64,000 bases of DNA from Candidatus Hydrogenedentota bacterium. GTDB lineage: Bacteria > Hydrogenedentota > Hydrogenedentia > Hydrogenedentales > SLHB01. The stretch covers positions 6,611 to 70,610 of the forward strand of contig BTUX01000001.1 of NCBI GenBank assembly GCA_045863315.1. Direction: 5' to 3'. Every line of letters starts with the position of its first letter. Position 1 is the stretch's first letter. The notes beneath the pieces are model-generated. The model ran no database searches and was not told the DNA's origin. It saw only the letters and a program-made list of their open reading frames with translations. Both the position numbers and the translations under genes were made by a program. Of the stretch, positions 58,766 through 64,000 are shown piece after piece.

Positions 58766-60940
58766 CTATCGGCGGGCGTGCTGAATTACCTTTTTCAGGG
58801 CGTCCACTACTTCCTTCACGTTCTTGTCCGTCAACCGGGGGTGCAACGGCAAGGACAGAATCTCCTCCGACGCGGCCGAGGCGTGGGGGAGATCCTCGCG
58901 CCCGTAGCCCAGCGTGTCCCGATAGTATTTGTGCAAGTGCAGCGCCGTGAAATGGACTCCCGTGCCGACGTTTTCCTGCCGTAACGCCTGCATAATTGCA
59001 TCGCGCGATTGGGCGAGTCTACCGAGTTTCAGGCGAATGACGAACAAGTGCCACGCATGATCGACGCCGTCGATGACCTTTGGCATGGCGATTTCGTCGA
59101 TGGTGGACAGGGCCAGCGCGTACATCTTCGCCAGCCGCCTGCGCGCGGAGACAAACCCGTCAAGCCTTTTTAGCTGCTCCAAGCCCATCGCGGCGCTGAC
59201 ATTCGTCATGTTGTATTTGAAGCCAGGCCGCACGACTTCCGGCGTCGAGGGCGGCGCATCGCCGCTGTAGCGATTCCACGCGAGCGTGCTCAGGCCGTTG
59301 TGGGCCAACAACCGCAGCGTTTTCGCCTGTTGCTGGTCGCGCAGCGTGATTATGCCTCCTTCGATGGTTGTAATGTTCTTGACGGGATAAAAGCTGAAAC
59401 AGGTCGGCCCGCCGCAGTTGCCGACCGGCGTGCCGCGGTAGCGGGCGCCGAGGGCGTGCGCGGCGTCTTCAATCACGGCGACTCCGTGCTTCCTGCCTAT
59501 CGCATAGACCGCGTCGAGGTCGCAGGGTTGACCCGCGAGGTGCACGGGCACGATGGCTTTGGTCCTCGGCGTGATTGCGCGTTCGATCGCCGCGGGATCG
59601 ATGTTCAATGTGTCGGGGTTGATATCGGCCAGCACGAGTTTCGCGCCCATGTTCACGATCGTGTTCGCCGTCGACACCCACGTGATGGGAGACGAGATCA
59701 CCTCGTCGCCGGGCTGCACGCCCGCTTCCACCAGACACAGGTGCAAAGCCGCTGTGCACGAAGACACCGCCACGGCGTGCGGGGCCTCCACCTCCTTCGC
59801 GAAAGCCTCTTCAAACTCGGTCACTTTGGCGCCGGTCGTGAGCCATCCGCTCCGCAATACCTCGATCACCGCGCGTTCTTCTTCCTCGCCGATGGTCGGC
59901 GGCGACAGCGCGATGAATCGCGATGCGACGGGTTCGCCGCCCTGCGCCACGGGAAGTTCAAGCAACTGTTTCATACGGCGGACGTTGAAGTAGATTGTGT
60001 CAAAGGGATCGATGGACGGGTCCTTGAGCCAATCGCGAATCTCGAGGGCGCCGCGTTCCGCCGTCCATTCGGGCTCGAACCCGAGCACGCGTTGGATCTT
60101 GTCGAACTGCACGTGATAACTGCGCAGGTCCTCGTCGTCTTTCACGACGTCGATCGCGACGCCCTCGAGCAGCCGCGATATGAGGTGCGCGAGATCGACG
60201 ATTCGGTAATTGTTCGCATCGGACCCGACATTGAACACTTCGCCGCTCACGTCGGCTGCCGCCGCTTCCAGCATGTTCACAAACGCGCGCGCCGCGTCGC
60301 GTACGTGTACGAAGGGCCGCCACTGACCTCCGCCTCCGTATACACGGATGCGCCCCTGCCTCGAGGCCGTCGCCACCATGAGATTGATGGCGAGGTCGAA
60401 GCGCATGCGCGGCGACCAGCCGAACAGGGTGGCAGGCCGCGCAATGACAGGTTCAAACGTCGGCCCCCTCATACTCAGCAGCGCATTTTCCGACGCCAGC
60501 TTGCTTTCCGCATACACGGATACCGGGTTTGTCGGGCTATCCTCGTCCAGCACGTCGAACACGCCCTTTCCGTACACACTGCACGATGACGCATACACGA
60601 AGCGCCTCACCCCTGCCGCCGCGGCCCGCTCGGCAAGGGCCCGGGTGCTGCGAAAGTTTACGTCCAGCGCCATTTCGGGGTCGAGGTCGCAGGACGGATC
60701 GTTGGCGAGACCGGCGAGATGAACGACGCCTTCGACGCCGTCGAGCAGATTCGGATGTTCCGACAGTCTCCGAATGTCGCCCCGCACAAGTTCGAACGCC
60801 GGAAGGGATGACAACTCGCCTACGGCGTTTTCACCGAAACACAGACGATCGAACGCGCGGACCGCATGCCCGCGCTCGATCAACAGGCGCGCCACGTGAT
60901 TGCCCAGATACCCGCCGCCGCCCGTCAACAACACCCGCAT
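58766..60940 (-). CDS. Bifunctional fusion: NAD-dependent sugar epimerase/dehydratase (N-terminal) + DegT/DnrJ/EryC1-family PLP aminotransferase (C-terminal)
   Basis: LLTGGGGYLGNH Rossmann motif with a YAESK catalytic dyad in the first 330 aa or so. DegT-like region follows, with the conserved Lys region (FSFYPVKNITTIEGG). Confidence 0.75.
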   Translation of the reverse strand: MRVLLTGGGGYLGNHVARLLIERGHAVRAFDRLCFGENAVGELSSLPAFELVRGDIRRLSEHPNLLDGVEGVVHLAGLANDPSCDLDPEMALDVNFRSTRALAERAAAAGVRRFVYASSCSVYGKGVFDVLDEDSPTNPVSVYAESKLASENALLSMRGPTFEPVIARPATLFGWSPRMRFDLAINLMVATASRQGRIRVYGGGGQWRPFVHVRDAARAFVNMLEAAAADVSGEVFNVGSDANNYRIVDLAHLISRLLEGVAIDVVKDDEDLRSYHVQFDKIQRVLGFEPEWTAERGALEIRDWLKDPSIDPFDTIYFNVRRMKQLLELPVAQGGEPVASRFIALSPPTIGEEEERAVIEVLRSGWLTTGAKVTEFEEAFAKEVEAPHAVAVSSCTAALHLCLVEAGVQPGDEVISSPITWVSTANTIVNMGAKLVLADINPDTLNIDPAAIERAITPRTKAIVPVHLAGQPCDLDAVYAIGRKHGVAVIEDAAHALGARYRGTPVGNCGGPTCFSFYPVKNITTIEGGIITLRDQQQAKTLRLLAHNGLSTLAWNRYSGDAPPSTPEVVRPGFKYNMTNVSAAMGLEQLKRLDGFVSARRRLAKMYALALSTIDEIAMPKVIDGVDHAWHLFVIRLKLGRLAQSRDAIMQALRQENVGTGVHFTALHLHKYYRDTLGYGREDLPHASAASEEILSLPLHPRLTDKNVKEVVDALKKVIQHARR

Positions 60941-60995
60941 GTGGACTGCTCCCGAATGATTCGATGGCTGTGGAAAGGAAAGAGTATAGCAGGTT

Positions 60996-61778
60996 TTAGG
61001 CAGGTGGTTTCTCGTTGCCGCCGGCCGCGAGGCGCTGAAGATTCCACAGCTTGGCGTACTTTGTGAACACGGAGAACGCGGCCAGGCCGCACAGCACCGC
61101 GCCGTGGTACCCGTCGAGGAACCCCCGCCGCAGCACGTACATCTTAATGAACCGCGACACCGGGCGAATTGTGAGGTCGAAGAGCGTGGCGCGCTTGCCC
61201 ATGTCGAACAGGTCCTGCGCGGACCACGTCGTGAACCGCTGGAACGTGGCGAAGTACTCCTCGAAGTTGCGTTTGTCGTCGTGGTACATCGGCTCGTCGA
61301 TCCGGCCCATTGCGCCGTCGATATCGATAGTCGAGTGCACGCGCTGCTCGCGGTACCGCCCTTTCTTCGTCCGGAACAACCGGACGTTATAATCGCGGTC
61401 CCACCCGCAATGACGGATCAGCTTTCCGAAAAAGTACGACTCGCGCTTGATCGCGTACCCGTCGCAGCTCGATGGCGACCCGATGACCTCGCGGATCTTC
61501 GCCGCCAACGCTTCGGAGACCCACTCGTCCGCGTCCAGCACCAGCGTCCACTCCGTCTCGATCTGCGGGATCGCCCAATTGCACTGATTGGCCTTGTTCA
61601 CGTATTCGTGCGTCACCACATGCGCCGTATACCGCCGCGCCACCTCGTCCGACCCGTCCGTCGTATTCGGATCCACCACGCAGAACAAATCGTCCGCCCA
61701 GCGCACGCTCTCCAGACACCGCGCCAGACGGTCTCCCGCGTTGGGGACGAGGATCAAGACTGTGAGTGAACCGGCCAT
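60996..61778 (-). CDS. Glycosyltransferase family 2
   Basis: GT-A fold with a DxD-like LDADE motif. 260 aa. Confidence 0.75.
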   Translation of the reverse strand: MAGSLTVLILVPNAGDRLARCLESVRWADDLFCVVDPNTTDGSDEVARRYTAHVVTHEYVNKANQCNWAIPQIETEWTLVLDADEWVSEALAAKIREVIGSPSSCDGYAIKRESYFFGKLIRHCGWDRDYNVRLFRTKKGRYREQRVHSTIDIDGAMGRIDEPMYHDDKRNFEEYFATFQRFTTWSAQDLFDMGKRATLFDLTIRPVSRFIKMYVLRRGFLDGYHGAVLCGLAAFSVFTKYAKLWNLQRLAAGGNEKPPA

Positions 61779-61937
61779 GCAAGGTCAGATGATACATCCG
61801 CCAATGGATTGATGCGACCCCGCGGGGCGCCGCATTCGCAGCAGGCTCGGGTGTGGGGTCGCCGCCGGCTTCGTCGATTACGCAGGAGCCGCCAGCCTGG
61901 CGAGCCGGGTGTTGTGGCTGCAATCGTGGATGTCGCT

Positions 61938-63470
61938 CTACGCGAAATGTTCCTGCAGGAACGCGAGGTCCAATTCCGGGTAGACGGGATAACGATCCAG
62001 CAGGGCTTTCACACGGCCGCGCGCTTCGTCAAGCGCCTTCGCGTCGATTACATAATGGATCTTGCTGGGTTTGCCCTTGTTTTCGCCCTTCTCGACCACG
62101 CCCGCCTTCGTGCCGGACAACGCCAGCTTGATGATTGCGGCGATTTCCCTCATTTCATCCTTGCCCATGCCCAGTGTCGTGACGGCCGGCGTACCGAGCC
62201 GCAGGCCGCTCGTGATCATCGGCGAATTGGCGTCGAAGGGGACCGCGTTCTTGTTCAGCGTGATGCCGCACTCGCGGAGCGCGCCCGCGCCCTGGCGGCC
62301 CGTCAGGCCGAAACTCGTCACGTCGATCAGCATGAGGTGGTTGTCCGTGCCGTTCGAGACGACCTTCATGCCGAGCGAGATGCACTCTTCGGCGAGGGTC
62401 CGTGCGTTCTCGACGATGCGATGTGCGTATGCCTTGAACGCAGGGGTATTCGCCTCCGTGAACGCAACGGCCTTGGCCGCCATGACGTGCGGCAGCGGAC
62501 CGCCGAGGACCATCGGGCACCCCTTGTCCACGTACTCGCCGAATTCGCGGGTCGACAGCACGACGCCGCCTCGCGGTCCCCGCAGGGTCTTATGGGTCGT
62601 CGAGGTGACGACCTGCGCGTACGGGAACGGACTGAAATCGCCCGTGAACACGCCCCCCGCGACAAGCCCCGCGAAGTGGGCCATGTCCACCATGAGCACG
62701 GCGCCGGCCTTGTCGGCGATTTCGCGCATGCGGCGGAAGTTGATCGCACGCGGATAGGCGCTGTACCCGGCGAGAAGTATGAGGGGTTTCACTTCCATCG
62801 CCTGCCGTTCGATGGCGTCGTAATCGAGCAGGTGCGTGTCCTTGTCCACGCCGTACGTGTGCGCCTCGAACATCTTGCCCGAGACGTTATGGCGGTAACC
62901 GTGCGTGAGGTGTCCGCCCGCGGCGAGGTTGAGGCCCAGCAGACGTTGATTGCCCATTTGCTGTCGGATGCGCTCCCAATCCTGCCGCGAAAGCGCGCCC
63001 GGATCCTTGACGTCGAGCTTGGCCATTTCCGGCGTGCCGACGCGCGCCTGCAGGATCGCCCAGAACGCCACCATGTTCGCGTCCGCGCCGCTGTGCGGCT
63101 GCACGTAGGCGTGCTCGCACCCAAAAAGCCGGCGCGCCTGCTCGCAGGCGTAGGCCTCGACGGTGTCGACATTGTCGCATCCCTCGTAGAACCGCGAGCC
63201 GGGAAAGCCCTCCGCATACTTGTCGGTCAACAAATTGCCCATCGCGAGTTGCGTGGCGAGCGAGCAATAGTTCTCGCTCGCGATGAGTTTGAGGTAGGCG
63301 CGCTGGTCCGCCAATTCCTGCACGATGGCCCGAGCGATCTCCGGCGCAACCGTCGCCACTTGCGACAAATTGGCGATGTACGCCAGAAGTCCCGGATGAA
63401 TTTGGTCCGGTTCGCTCTTCGCCAGATACGACGCAATAGCGGATTGGGCTCGGGAAACGGTAACGGCCAC
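61938..63470 (-). CDS. glyA: Serine hydroxymethyltransferase
   Basis: LIASENY, the PLP-Lys region TTHKTLRGPRGG and overall SHMT collinearity. Carries an N-terminal extension of about 35 aa. Confidence 0.9.
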   Translation of the reverse strand: MAVTVSRAQSAIASYLAKSEPDQIHPGLLAYIANLSQVATVAPEIARAIVQELADQRAYLKLIASENYCSLATQLAMGNLLTDKYAEGFPGSRFYEGCDNVDTVEAYACEQARRLFGCEHAYVQPHSGADANMVAFWAILQARVGTPEMAKLDVKDPGALSRQDWERIRQQMGNQRLLGLNLAAGGHLTHGYRHNVSGKMFEAHTYGVDKDTHLLDYDAIERQAMEVKPLILLAGYSAYPRAINFRRMREIADKAGAVLMVDMAHFAGLVAGGVFTGDFSPFPYAQVVTSTTHKTLRGPRGGVVLSTREFGEYVDKGCPMVLGGPLPHVMAAKAVAFTEANTPAFKAYAHRIVENARTLAEECISLGMKVVSNGTDNHLMLIDVTSFGLTGRQGAGALRECGITLNKNAVPFDANSPMITSGLRLGTPAVTTLGMGKDEMREIAAIIKLALSGTKAGVVEKGENKGKPSKIHYVIDAKALDEARGRVKALLDRYPVYPELDLAFLQEHFA

Positions 63471-63660
63471 GGGATCGCCTCCTCACTCGCGAAAGCCCGG
63501 TGGCGGAACGCGTCGGGCTCAAACTCGCAGCACCGATATAGTAGCGCGGCGACGGCAACCCAATCAAAGACGCGTGAAATCCAATAAAAGAGAAATGCGT
63601 CGCGAAAGTAGGACTGTTGTTGTTCGGCCACACCGTCGCACTGTCAACCGGCCCGCCCAG

Positions 63661-63844
63661 TATCGGCACGCGGCGAGGCTCAAGCCGCACGCTATGGAGT
63701 GCGCAATATCGGTCCGCGGCGAGACTCAAGCCGCGCGCTATGGAGTGCGCAATATCGGTCCGCGGCGAGGCTCAAGCCGCACGCTGTGGAGTGCGCAATA
63801 TCGGTCCGCGGCGAGACTTTCACCGCGCGCTGTGGAGTGCGCAA
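63661..63844. repeat. Tandem direct repeat, 4 x 46 bp (TATCGGTCCGCGGCGAG[A/G]CTCAAGCCGC[A/G]CGCT[A/G]TGGAGTGCGCAA)
   Basis: Four head-to-tail copies with 2-5 substitutions each. Each unit contains a GCGGC-N11-GCCGC dyad. Lies 190-375 bp upstream of glyA. Confidence 0.8.
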
Positions 63845-64000
63845 GCTCGCTTGCGCCTTCCCGAAGGAGCCGGCTGCGGGTCCTCGAGCCTCTCGGCACA
63901 AAGCCAAAAGCGCGTTGTGCTTGTCGGTGTAGGAAACACGGCAAAATGCCGCCGTGTTTCTTAGGAGTGCGCCGACGTGAGCCGAGTCTCCACACGCGGA

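Noticed and set aside
61809-63587. 592-aa plus-strand ORF antisense to glyA, and 62887-63729 minus
   Set aside because: Antisense or alternative frames of an unambiguous SHMT gene, with low-complexity translations.
63661-63844. Possible CRISPR array
   Set aside because: The units are contiguous tandem copies of one 46-mer with no unique spacers, and no cas genes are nearby. This is a tandem repeat.

Overview
High-GC (about 65%) bacterial chromosomal segment. Gene content (a 1015-aa PVC-type heme-binding dehydrogenase, sulfatase, many secreted or anchored proteins, GspE/PilB ATPase) suggests a Planctomycetota/PVC-group organism.

Layout:
- 1-13.8 kb: peptidase fragment, membrane protein, nagA, an RND efflux pair (adaptor + permease) and a five-gene peptide/nickel-type ABC importer.
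- 14-19.5 kb: a lower-GC stretch holding an NAD-epimerase, dnaN flanked on both sides by AT-rich DnaA-box clusters (oriC-like, no dnaA present) and a GspE/PilB ATPase.
- 19.9-25.1 kb: the origin-proximal cluster rpmH-rnpA-yidD-yidC-jag-mnmE. rpmH (44 aa) is below the ORF-track cutoff.
- 25-38.8 kb: DNA-repair genes (GNAT, ogt, polX, nth), a Rieske protein, FHA-GGDEF, a DUF62 SAM-hydroxide adenosyltransferase, aroA, an oxidoreductase and a sugar-phosphate isomerase.
- 44-51.4 kb and 58.8-61.8 kb: glycan-biosynthesis genes (FemAB-like, GT4, deacetylase-like, Wzy-TPR, epimerase-aminotransferase fusion, GT2), then glyA.

Most notable non-core content:
1. A translationally coupled, low-GC two-gene module (38.8-40.6 kb): ABC-type AAA_21-like ATPase plus a DUF4276-like small protein with an EGETE...DxxD Toprim-like signature. 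Its architecture matches ATPase+nuclease anti-phage modules such as PARIS or Septu.
2. A 412-bp GIY-YIG mini-element bounded by about 45-bp imperfect inverted repeats, with an extra solo repeat copy downstream.
3. A palindromic REP/MITE-like repeat family with three copies, all at convergent gene ends. The two long copies carry a nested 136-bp insertion.
4. A 4 x 46-bp tandem direct repeat upstream of glyA.

All calls are from sequence reading only; no database searches were run.
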